Shown piece after piece: positions 44,793 to 53,984 of a stretch of 64,000 bases of DNA. The notes under the pieces were generated by a model. That model was not told the DNA's origin and searched no databases. It was given only the letters and a program-made list of their open reading frames with translations. The position numbers and the translations under genes were made by a program. The stretch lies in NCBI GenBank assembly GCA_964641955.1, contig CAZXNM010000006.1, positions 74,556 through 138,555 of the forward strand, written 5' to 3'. How positions within the stretch are numbered: position 1 is the stretch's first letter; the number at the start of each line of letters is the position of its first letter. Source of the stretch: an uncultured Planctomycetota bacterium (GTDB lineage Bacteria > Planctomycetota > SKW154 > DAOVDS01).

Positions 44793-47700
44793 TCAATTAT
44801 CCTTTGCTCTCTGCCATAGAAAGGGATTGAAGGATTTCAACTCGCCCTGCTCTATAAGTCTGAGAAATCTTGGAAGGTCTATGTATTCATCAATTCTGGT
44901 CACTAAGTCTGGTCCATAATCTGAAATAGTCTCAAGTAGTTGCTGTTTCACGTCGTCTGGCGACAGCGTAGCATTATGCACTGCGGCACTCAGGAGAATA
45001 GAGAACTCAGCAAAGCGTAAGATCTGCTCTTCTCTCGAACTTCCTTCCTCTAAACGTCCAACCCACGACATCAAGTAAGCAGAGAGTTGCGTGTTCGGTA
45101 CAACATAGACCTCGTCACGCACTACAACTACTGATTCTCCAGACAAACCATCAATCTTGACGTTTTTTCTGGGCACAAAAATATCAGTAATGGACCTAGT
45201 AATGCCGCTGCCAAGATAACCCCTTCGTTCGAAAATGTCATCCATGAGTTCGCGCTTGAAAAGAGACTTAATTTCCACCCAACGCGGCGACTCACTCACT
45301 AATTCCCATTTTAGGTCGGCACGCCTTTGACTCTTATAGACATTAATCTGGGCAACCTCTTTCCCTTTGAGGGCCGACCAGTAGAATCTCTTGCTGTTTG
45401 TATTCCAGCATACTACGGGAGCACGAGGAAGCTCTTTGATATCATGACCAAGCGCTGTTATGAGATGTGAAAGAGAGACTGGCCCTCGGACCTCTCGGAG
45501 AATTCTCTCAGCGTGCTCAAAAAGAGCACAACACGTAGTCCAGCATTCTTTAAATGCTCGCACATCGGCAACTGATAACACTCGCCTTTCACTTCCCTGC
45601 TCAACTAGTAGTACGGGAATAGAAAACAAGGACTCATAGAATAACTTATCATCTTGTGATTGAGCATGACCACGGCCTCTATACCCAAGAAGTGGATTAA
45701 TGAGGAAGACTGCCTCTTCCGCGGCCCAAGTCAAAGGTAGATCTCTCTCATTGTAAATTGCCTCCACTTCCGAACTAACGTGGTCACTAAATATAGAGTA
45801 TATTACTTCCAGCATTGTTTGGCGTTCTGGAGTCTCTTCTAGCCCTGAGCGCACAACATTTGTTCGTGGAGCCGATGGACCTTTGAGGTTGCATATAGCA
45901 ACTATTGACTTTCCGTTGAACCCAGGCGTATCAAATTCTATTCTTACGCCTTCAATGCAAACACCCAGGCTTACAGCATTTGATCTCTCGCGACTGACTC
46001 TCTCAAAGTCTAAGAAGCTCCACTCTTTGAAAACATCGGACCATCTGAGTGCGTAGGCCAATGTTACGCAATCCTTTCGCACTTCTTTAATTTTGACACT
46101 GTCTTCGTCCGATATGCCAAGGTCATTCAAAACCTGCCGAAGAGCCTCCTTGGGAGAAGAAAACCCTATCGTGACAGGCGTCTGTTGGTCAACTATCAGC
46201 GTTACTTCACACCCCGGCACAACAACCCATTTTCTAAGAGCTTCAGCGATGTCTGGTATCTTCGCACTTGGCCTGATGTGGAGTCTCACGGATGTCCCAT
46301 GAGGAAGTAGGCTCCTCATATCAGAGTCCGATGTTTTGTCAAGGTGTCGGAGAAGGTACTTTCCATGAACGGAACGAAGAGCCAATGAGATACCCTTCTG
46401 CTCTTCTTCGACGAAGGTTGCTATTTCTACTTTGTCCGCAACCATGAAAGTAGTTAGGATCCCAATCCCAAACCGACTGATAGGAGAAAACTCCGGAAAA
46501 TCCTCTTTAAATCTCTTTTCTTGATACCTTGAGGCACCTATCTTCAACAAATGGTTCTCGACTATCTCTCGAGACATACCAGTTCCATTGTCCGAGACTG
46601 TCAATACGCGGTCTTCACCATTCCAGTGTATTTCCACTTTTCCCGAACTCTCATCACGGTGGCCACGTTTTTCGATAAGATTTTGGAGTCTTATGGCATC
46701 CAATGAATTTTGAACGAGTTCGCGAAGTACGACAGAGGTATCATTGTATAGGGTGTGCCCAGTCAACAGGTCGAGTATCTTGGCTTGGTCCAGAGTGAAC
46801 TCAAACTGGTTTGGCAGAAAACCCTCTGCTTCAACATGGCTGTCGTCAATAAAGCGCCACGGGAATTCATGCCCCATTCCTGTCCTGCGTTTGGTCTGTT
46901 CACACCAAGTGTGACACCGAGAGATTTCGCTCCTCACATATGTTAGGTAGGTTGTTAGGCCAAAGAACCCCGTCTCATCCGTGAAATAAGCTTGTACTTC
47001 AATAGTGTCCCGGTGTGCCGCTTGGTCAGGTATACCTTCCTTGTTGAAACCGATCTTACTTCTAACGGTAGTTACTCCTTTTTGCCTGGCCCATTCCTCT
47101 TGGCTCTTGGGATCAGACAAACTGATGAGACGAAACTCCGTAGAAGGCGTCCTATCGGAAGTCATGTGCAGAAGGTCGGCAGCCCTAAGGAGAACTGCGA
47201 CATACTGGAGATTCACCGTCTCCTGATTGCTGTCTCCGTAAGCTCGGGATGGCATATACTTCTCAATGTTATCCAAATCATTCAGGTGGTGACTCTCACA
47301 TAACATGCCCAGATCTCGCCGGAATTGTTGCGGCAAAGGATTGAGGAGGTCATCAACCACAGAGATAGCATCGTGCGCGACACCTAGAAAGTCTGACTGA
47401 GCCCCAAGTACCCAGGCCTTGGCTCGAGTGGGATGAGAGCGACGTACAAACTCTTGATAGAGAAATCGTTCTCTGTCCTCATCCTTCATTCTGTCCAAGC
47501 TTGCCTTATAGTCTATCGCCTCATCTCCGTTGTGAAGCACTTCTTCCCTGAATTGTATGTAACCGATGCAGCTATTTCGTGACTCGTATTCTTTCGTAGT
47601 TACTAACATTCCAACATCATGAAAGTAGATAGCCAATACAGTTATAAGCCAATCTGCTGGACTGATTATCTCTTTAGTTCTGTCCGGCACTAACCATTCG

Positions 47701-47906
47701 AGAATGCCCAGCATCTTGTCTACATGCGAGATGTCGTGTCGTGTGTACTCATCGAAGACCCCGCCTCTTCCAATCAATCCTAGAATCTGTGCCAGTTGAT
47801 TCTTAATATGCCTTAGCTTAATACCGCTGAAGGCTGGCAACTCTTCAGCTGCTAATGCACGTTTCTCTGCTTCGGTAAGATTTGGAGCAACCATGTCTGT
47901 CTCCAT
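44793..47906 (-). CDS. Large (1037 aa) HD-domain + GHKL (Hsp90/MORC-like, HATPase_c_3-type) ATPase fusion protein with ~450-aa uncharacterised C-terminal region
   Basis: HD motifs in order: 'YTRHDISHVDKM' (H), 'AIYFHDVGML' (HD), 'LCESHHLNDL' (H), 'LLRAADLLHMT' (H, D). GHKL motifs: N-box 'LRELVQNSLDAI', G1 'VSDNGTGMSREIV', G2 'ISRFGIGILTTFMVADKVEIATF' (compare Hsp90 'GQFGVGFYSAFLVADKV'). ATG at 47906. Confidence 0.7.
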   Translation of the reverse strand: METDMVAPNLTEAEKRALAAEELPAFSGIKLRHIKNQLAQILGLIGRGGVFDEYTRHDISHVDKMLGILEWLVPDRTKEIISPADWLITVLAIYFHDVGMLVTTKEYESRNSCIGYIQFREEVLHNGDEAIDYKASLDRMKDEDRERFLYQEFVRRSHPTRAKAWVLGAQSDFLGVAHDAISVVDDLLNPLPQQFRRDLGMLCESHHLNDLDNIEKYMPSRAYGDSNQETVNLQYVAVLLRAADLLHMTSDRTPSTEFRLISLSDPKSQEEWARQKGVTTVRSKIGFNKEGIPDQAAHRDTIEVQAYFTDETGFFGLTTYLTYVRSEISRCHTWCEQTKRRTGMGHEFPWRFIDDSHVEAEGFLPNQFEFTLDQAKILDLLTGHTLYNDTSVVLRELVQNSLDAIRLQNLIEKRGHRDESSGKVEIHWNGEDRVLTVSDNGTGMSREIVENHLLKIGASRYQEKRFKEDFPEFSPISRFGIGILTTFMVADKVEIATFVEEEQKGISLALRSVHGKYLLRHLDKTSDSDMRSLLPHGTSVRLHIRPSAKIPDIAEALRKWVVVPGCEVTLIVDQQTPVTIGFSSPKEALRQVLNDLGISDEDSVKIKEVRKDCVTLAYALRWSDVFKEWSFLDFERVSRERSNAVSLGVCIEGVRIEFDTPGFNGKSIVAICNLKGPSAPRTNVVRSGLEETPERQTMLEVIYSIFSDHVSSEVEAIYNERDLPLTWAAEEAVFLINPLLGYRGRGHAQSQDDKLFYESLFSIPVLLVEQGSERRVLSVADVRAFKECWTTCCALFEHAERILREVRGPVSLSHLITALGHDIKELPRAPVVCWNTNSKRFYWSALKGKEVAQINVYKSQRRADLKWELVSESPRWVEIKSLFKRELMDDIFERRGYLGSGITRSITDIFVPRKNVKIDGLSGESVVVVRDEVYVVPNTQLSAYLMSWVGRLEEGSSREEQILRFAEFSILLSAAVHNATLSPDDVKQQLLETISDYGPDLVTRIDEYIDLPRFLRLIEQGELKSFNPFLWQRAKDN

Positions 47907-48009
47907 GATATATGTTCACTTACAACTCAGAAAATACCTTCTGACCATTCAGTTGTCAAGAATAACCACTCGCAGTTGCTCACTTGTATCTGTGGACTAA
48001 CATTCCCGC

Positions 48010-48030
48010 AGTGCAAGTAGTAGTTGCACT
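48010..48030. promoter_or_regulatory. Inverted repeat AGTGCAA-N7-TTGCACT ~100 nt upstream of the island gene start
   Basis: Perfect 7-bp arms read from the sequence (48010-48016 / 48024-48030), in the AT-rich 5' leader 47907-48100. Confidence 0.3.
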
Positions 48031-48102
48031 TCCTTGATATCATCTCAAATAGAAATTTGTGTCCAAGTGCTCAAATTCATTAAGTAGCACTCACCCGCCC
48101 CG

Positions 48103-48699
48103 CTATCTCATCTGCGGGATAAGGGTGCGCAGCTTTTTGGCGTGCTCGGTGGTTATGTAGCGGTGGTCTATGTCCGACTCTATCCTGTCGTGGAACCGCC
48201 TGAGAGAGTCACGGATGTAGTCGAGGTCGCGACCCAAACGGGAGGCGGTCATGCTGCCTGTCAGCCTGAGCGGAGCTTTCCCTGCCCTGCCGCGCAGCGG
48301 CACGCTGCCGTTAAAATCGAAGCTTATTTCGTACGTCGCGCGAGTTTCCGCGCTTTCCGAGATATCGACCCAGCCTTTCGAGTATTCGTAGAAGACGCAC
48401 GCCTCGTCCGAATATGACAGGTAGTAGGCCCTTTCTACGGGAAGCCTTGCGCCCGGGGCAGCATTGGCCGGCAGGTCGAAGGCGACCACGCGATATCCAT
48501 CGTCCGGCACGCTCACTGTAATAACGCGCATCTTGCCGTCAACAGTCTTGACGTGGGCGGTGGCGTTGGAAACTATCTTCCGTGTCACCACTTCACCGGG
48601 GAGCGAAAGCTCGCGCAGGCTTACTGAAAGGCTGCACCCGCTTCCGGCAAGCAGGCAGAAAAGTATGACAAGCGCCATTACAGACCGTATATTTCTCAT
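48103..48699 (-). CDS. Hypothetical lipoprotein (lipobox 'LLAGSGCS')
   Basis: Start chosen at 'MRNIRSVMALVILFCLLAGSGCS' (ATG at 48699). The tracked ORF extends to 48780 but that region is more likely leader. Confidence 0.5.
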   Translation of the reverse strand: MRNIRSVMALVILFCLLAGSGCSLSVSLRELSLPGEVVTRKIVSNATAHVKTVDGKMRVITVSVPDDGYRVVAFDLPANAAPGARLPVERAYYLSYSDEACVFYEYSKGWVDISESAETRATYEISFDFNGSVPLRGRAGKAPLRLTGSMTASRLGRDLDYIRDSLRRFHDRIESDIDHRYITTEHAKKLRTLIPQMR

Positions 48700-49162
48700 A
48701 TCAGACATCCTTTGACTGTTCCGAGAAAAAGCGCTACCGCGCATCATAATCGGAATCCGGCTATACGTCAACCGAATCACTCAAATCAATAAAATAAGCC
48801 CGGCCGGGATGATTTCGCAGACACAGGTGCTTGCGGGCTCCTGCCTGGAAGGCCCGGTCGGGCTGTGCGATTCTTCTTTTTCTCCTCTTTTGTACCCCAC
48901 AAACGGGAACCGGGGTCCGGCAAGCGCCGGCTACTTTCAAATTACCACATGTATACATGTTTGTCAAGAGAATTGTGCCGTAAACGCACTTGAGGTCTTG
49001 CAGTACATTACACGCGGGAAGCCGCGAAACGAATATGCTCAATGCCTGACTGCAATCTCGTGTAATTATATGGGCACATACTCACGTCAACCGAAAAAGG
49101 CGGAAGGTGTTGAACCGTGGAGGGTGCGGCGGTATCATTCCAGATATTAATGGGAGGACAAT

Positions 49163-49912
49163 ATGAAGATAGCTATCGTCGGTTACGGGCGGATGGGGCG
49201 CGAGATAGAGGCGCTGGCCCGGGCGCGCGGCCATGAGGTCGTCTCAATCATAGACCCGGTCGCCGAAGGCGCGCTGCACAAGGACATAACGGCCGAATCG
49301 CTCGCGGGCGCCGACGTCGCCATAGAGTTCACGAACCCGTCGTCCACCGTCCCGAATATCGAGAAGACGGCGAAGCTCGGCGTGAACATGGTGGTCGGCA
49401 CGACGGGCTGGACCGATCACGTCAAAGAAGTGCGCAAGCTGGTTGAAGATTCCGGAATCGGCTTAGTCTACGCGCCGAACTTCTCGCTGGGCGTGAACGT
49501 CTTCTACGAGATTGTCAAGACGGCTTCGAGGCTGTTCGACAAGCTCGACGAATACGACGTCTTCTGCCACGAGTGGCACCACAAGGGCAAGGTGGACTCC
49601 CCCAGCGGCACGGCCAGGAAGATTGCCGACGCCGTCATATCCGAGATGGGGCGCAAGAAAGGCCCCGTGTACGAGTGCCTCAACAGGGGTCGCGACGAGT
49701 CGGAGCTTCACGTCAGCTCGACGCGCGGCGGCTGGGTGCCGGGCACGCACGAGGTCGTCTTCGACAGCGAGTTCGACTCGGTGGAGCTGGTACACCGCGC
49801 CCGCAACCGCGGCGGGCTGGCCGCAGGCACGCTGCGGGCCGCCGAGTGGGTCGCGGGGAAAAAGGGCTTCTTCGAGTTTGGCGACTACCTGAAGGAGACG
49901 CTCCAGCTTTGA
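49163..49912 (+). CDS. dapB: 4-hydroxy-tetrahydrodipicolinate reductase
   Basis: 'MKIAIVGYGRMGREI' (Rossmann GxxGxxG), 'DVAIEFTNP', 'MVVGTTGW', 'VYAPNFSLGVN', 'ECHEWHHKGKVDSPSGTA' (DapB signature E(x)HHxxKxDxPSGTA). GGGAGG RBS. Confidence 0.9.
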   Translation: MKIAIVGYGRMGREIEALARARGHEVVSIIDPVAEGALHKDITAESLAGADVAIEFTNPSSTVPNIEKTAKLGVNMVVGTTGWTDHVKEVRKLVEDSGIGLVYAPNFSLGVNVFYEIVKTASRLFDKLDEYDVFCHEWHHKGKVDSPSGTARKIADAVISEMGRKKGPVYECLNRGRDESELHVSSTRGGWVPGTHEVVFDSEFDSVELVHRARNRGGLAAGTLRAAEWVAGKKGFFEFGDYLKETLQL

Positions 49913-50045
49913 GACCGGTGCTCCCGGCAAGCTTGAAACCAACCCGGATGGAAAAATGTAGATGATGTAGAGGAACCTGCGGGACGCAGCGCGGTTTAAC
50001 TCTCAGAGTCAGGAAATTTACCCCGCAGTTTACAGGAGGGGAGAA

Positions 50046-51533
50046 ATGGCGAAGAGGTTTTTCGTAGCGCTGGTTCTCGTGCTCGTCGGTGTCAGCCTTG
50101 CGGTCGCGGACTGGAAGCCGCCGCGCGCCAAGCCGCAGAGGAGAAAGGGAGGCGAGGCGTTCCCGCCGCTGCCGCTGCCCGCAACCCCGCAGCGCAGGAC
50201 GGAGAAGAAGCGCGAGCCTTCACCGCCGACGCTCATATGCCGCGTGATTCACGGCAAGGAGCCCAGGCGAATCAAGCACGAGGGCGAAACCTACACTTTC
50301 TGGGACTGGAATACGAACCCCGGCGCCGAGAAGAACCTGCTTCGCAAGCTCGCCTCGCAGCTCGGGCAGCCCTACAATAGGGTCGCGGCGCCCCTCTCGA
50401 AGCTCTCCGGCGACCCCGCCGAGGTGCCCATCCTGTTCATCTCCGGCCACGGTGACTTCACGTTTTCGGCCAAGGAACTCGCTTTCCTGAAGAAATACGC
50501 CGAATCCGGCGGATACCTGTGGCTCGAAGCATGCTGCGGCGTGGACAAGGCTTACAAGGAATACCACGCCATGCTCAAGGCCATGTGGCCGGACAGGAAA
50601 CTGTACGTTCTGCCCGAAGACCACCCGCTTTACCACAGCTATTACAACATAAGCAGCGTCAAGTACACCAAGGAAGCGACCGACCGGACGGACGGCAAGC
50701 CCTACATCGAGGGGCTCGACATAGGCTGCAGGACGGCCGTGCTGCTGTTCAAGTACGGGATAAGCAACGGCTGGGACCAGTTCCACGACCCGGGCGCAAA
50801 GGATTACGAGTATGCGGACTCGTTCAAGCTCGGAGTGAACATGGTCGCCTACAGCCTCGCGTATCACAACCTGGGCAAGTTCTTAAGCCGCGCGAAGCAG
50901 TACCACGAGCAGGCGAAGGAGGACAAGGGCGATTTCGTCTTCGGGCAGGTCGTCTACGAAGGCAACTGGGACCCGAACCCATCGTCCGCGATAAACCTGC
51001 TCACGGCGGTTGACGCGAAGTCGTCGGTCCGCGTGAAATTCAAGCGCGAAAAGATAGACTTGGACAAGACCGACCTGTTCGAGTGCCCGTTCCTCTACGT
51101 GACGGGACACAACGATTTCAAGCTGACGGACAAGCAGGTTACGAAGCTGCGCAACTACCTCAATGGCGGTGGCTTCCTGCTGGCCGACTCGTGCTGCGGG
51201 CGCGCCTCGTTCACGGCGGCTTTCGTAAGGGAGATAAAAAAGGTCCTGCCGGGCGCCGAACTCAAGCACCTGTCCGCCGAGCACGCGGTCTATTCCGCCC
51301 GGTTCAAGATAGCCTCGGTCAGCTATACAGAGTTCACGAAGAAAGCAGTCAAGGACCTGCCGCAGCTTCCGCTTTATGGCATCGAGGTGGCGGGCTCGAC
51401 GCGCGTGATATTCTGCCCTTATGCGCTCGGCAACGGCTGGGAGAAGGAAGACCACCCGTTCACGAAGGCTATCGAGGCCGAGGACGCCCTGAAGCTGGGC
51501 GTCAATATTGTGGTTTATTCGCAGACTCACTGA
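50046..51533 (+). CDS. Secreted protein with two ThuA/class-I-amidotransferase-like repeats (DUF4159-like), of the type found beside MoxR/vWA 'Bat' clusters
   Basis: Signal peptide 'MAKRFFVALVLVLVGVSLAVA'. Repeats 'PILFISGHGDFTFSAKELAFLKKYAESGGYLWLEACCG' and 'PFLYVTGHNDFKLTDKQVTKLRNYLNGGGFLLADSCCG'. AGGAGGGG RBS. Confidence 0.55.
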   Translation: MAKRFFVALVLVLVGVSLAVADWKPPRAKPQRRKGGEAFPPLPLPATPQRRTEKKREPSPPTLICRVIHGKEPRRIKHEGETYTFWDWNTNPGAEKNLLRKLASQLGQPYNRVAAPLSKLSGDPAEVPILFISGHGDFTFSAKELAFLKKYAESGGYLWLEACCGVDKAYKEYHAMLKAMWPDRKLYVLPEDHPLYHSYYNISSVKYTKEATDRTDGKPYIEGLDIGCRTAVLLFKYGISNGWDQFHDPGAKDYEYADSFKLGVNMVAYSLAYHNLGKFLSRAKQYHEQAKEDKGDFVFGQVVYEGNWDPNPSSAINLLTAVDAKSSVRVKFKREKIDLDKTDLFECPFLYVTGHNDFKLTDKQVTKLRNYLNGGGFLLADSCCGRASFTAAFVREIKKVLPGAELKHLSAEHAVYSARFKIASVSYTEFTKKAVKDLPQLPLYGIEVAGSTRVIFCPYALGNGWEKEDHPFTKAIEAEDALKLGVNIVVYSQTH

Positions 51534-51574
51534 GATATAAGTGAATAATTCTCGTTCAGACTGATAAGACAGGG

Positions 51575-51607
51575 GCATCCGCGGGTTTTCGCCCGCGGAT
51601 GCTTTCC
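51575..51607 (+). terminator. Rho-independent terminator-like hairpin after the DUF4159-like gene
   Basis: Perfect inverted repeat GCATCCGCGGG-TTTTC-GCCCGCGGATGC (51575-51602) followed by TTTCC. Confidence 0.55.
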
Positions 51608-51657
51608 AACAGGTTCGTCTTGGGGCTCATACAATCCAGTTTTAACCGGGAGTAGAG

Positions 51658-53067
<1,410 letters not shown>

Positions 53068-53079
53068 CCGGGGGCGCAA

Positions 53080-53982
53080 GTGGCCGCTGTCCGACCCGGA
53101 AGACGTTATCTGGACCCGAAGGCGCTCTCGCGCCTGGCGAATATCAAGCTGATTGCCAGGACCGTCGTCGAAGGGTTCATATCGGGGTTGCACCAGAGCC
53201 CCTATCATGGATTCTCGGTCGAGTTTTCGGAGTACCGCGAGTACGTCCCGGGGGACGACCTTAAGCACTTCGACTGGCGCGTCCTGGCGCGCTGCGACAA
53301 GCACTACATAAAGCAATACCAGGAAGAGACCAACCTGCGGGCGACAATTCTAATTGACTGCTCGCGCTCGATGGCCTACTCCTCGAACGGGATATCGAAG
53401 TTTACCTACGGGTGCTATCTCGCGGCCTCGCTGGCGTATCTGATGGTGCGCCAGCAGGACTCGGTCGGCATGGTCATTTTCGACGACAAGATACGCCACC
53501 GGATACCGCCGAAATGCTCGCCGTCGCACCTGCGCGACATGCTGGTCGTCCTGGAGAACACCGAGCCGTCGAGCAGGACCGGCATCGCCGGCACGCTGCA
53601 CGCGATGGCCGAGGCGGTTAAGAAGCGCGGGCTCGTCATTATCATCTCCGACCTTCTCGAAGAGCAGTCGGAAGTACTGCGCGGCATCAAGCACTTCAGG
53701 CACAACCGGCACGAAGTAATCATCTTCCACGTGCTCGACGAGGCGGAGCTGTCGTTCCCGTTTTCCGGGCTGACGACCTTCCGCGACATGGAAAGTGGCG
53801 AGAAGCTCATGATGGAGCCGCAGTTTTTCCGGGAGGAATACTCTAAACAGCTCGAAGCGTTCATCAGGCAGTACAGGCGGGAGTGCGCGGAAGGATTCGT
53901 TGACTACCTGCTCGCGGACACGTCTCGCCCATTCGACTTGATGCTTGCGAGATACCTTGCGAAACGCGCGAGGCTTGGATAG
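53080..53982 (+). CDS. DUF58 protein (MoxR-associated vWA-like)
   Basis: GTG start. 'SPYHGFSVEFSEYREYVPGDDLKHFDWRVLARCDKHYIKQYQEE...ILIDCSRSMAY' is the conserved DUF58 core. Confidence 0.75.
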   Translation: MAAVRPGRRYLDPKALSRLANIKLIARTVVEGFISGLHQSPYHGFSVEFSEYREYVPGDDLKHFDWRVLARCDKHYIKQYQEETNLRATILIDCSRSMAYSSNGISKFTYGCYLAASLAYLMVRQQDSVGMVIFDDKIRHRIPPKCSPSHLRDMLVVLENTEPSSRTGIAGTLHAMAEAVKKRGLVIIISDLLEEQSEVLRGIKHFRHNRHEVIIFHVLDEAELSFPFSGLTTFRDMESGEKLMMEPQFFREEYSKQLEAFIRQYRRECAEGFVDYLLADTSRPFDLMLARYLAKRARLG

Positions 53983-53984
53983 AA

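Larger units (their letters stand above)
44780..48100. other. Low-GC compositional island (~3.3 kb; visibly AT-rich, roughly 40-45% GC versus >60% flanks) containing a single gene plus its leader
   Basis: Abrupt change in base composition and codon choice (AAA/AAT/TTT-rich) beginning just after the stop of the PHP gene (44773) and ending ~48090 where GC-rich sequence resumes. No flanking tRNA, integrase or obvious long direct repeats. Confidence 0.75.
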
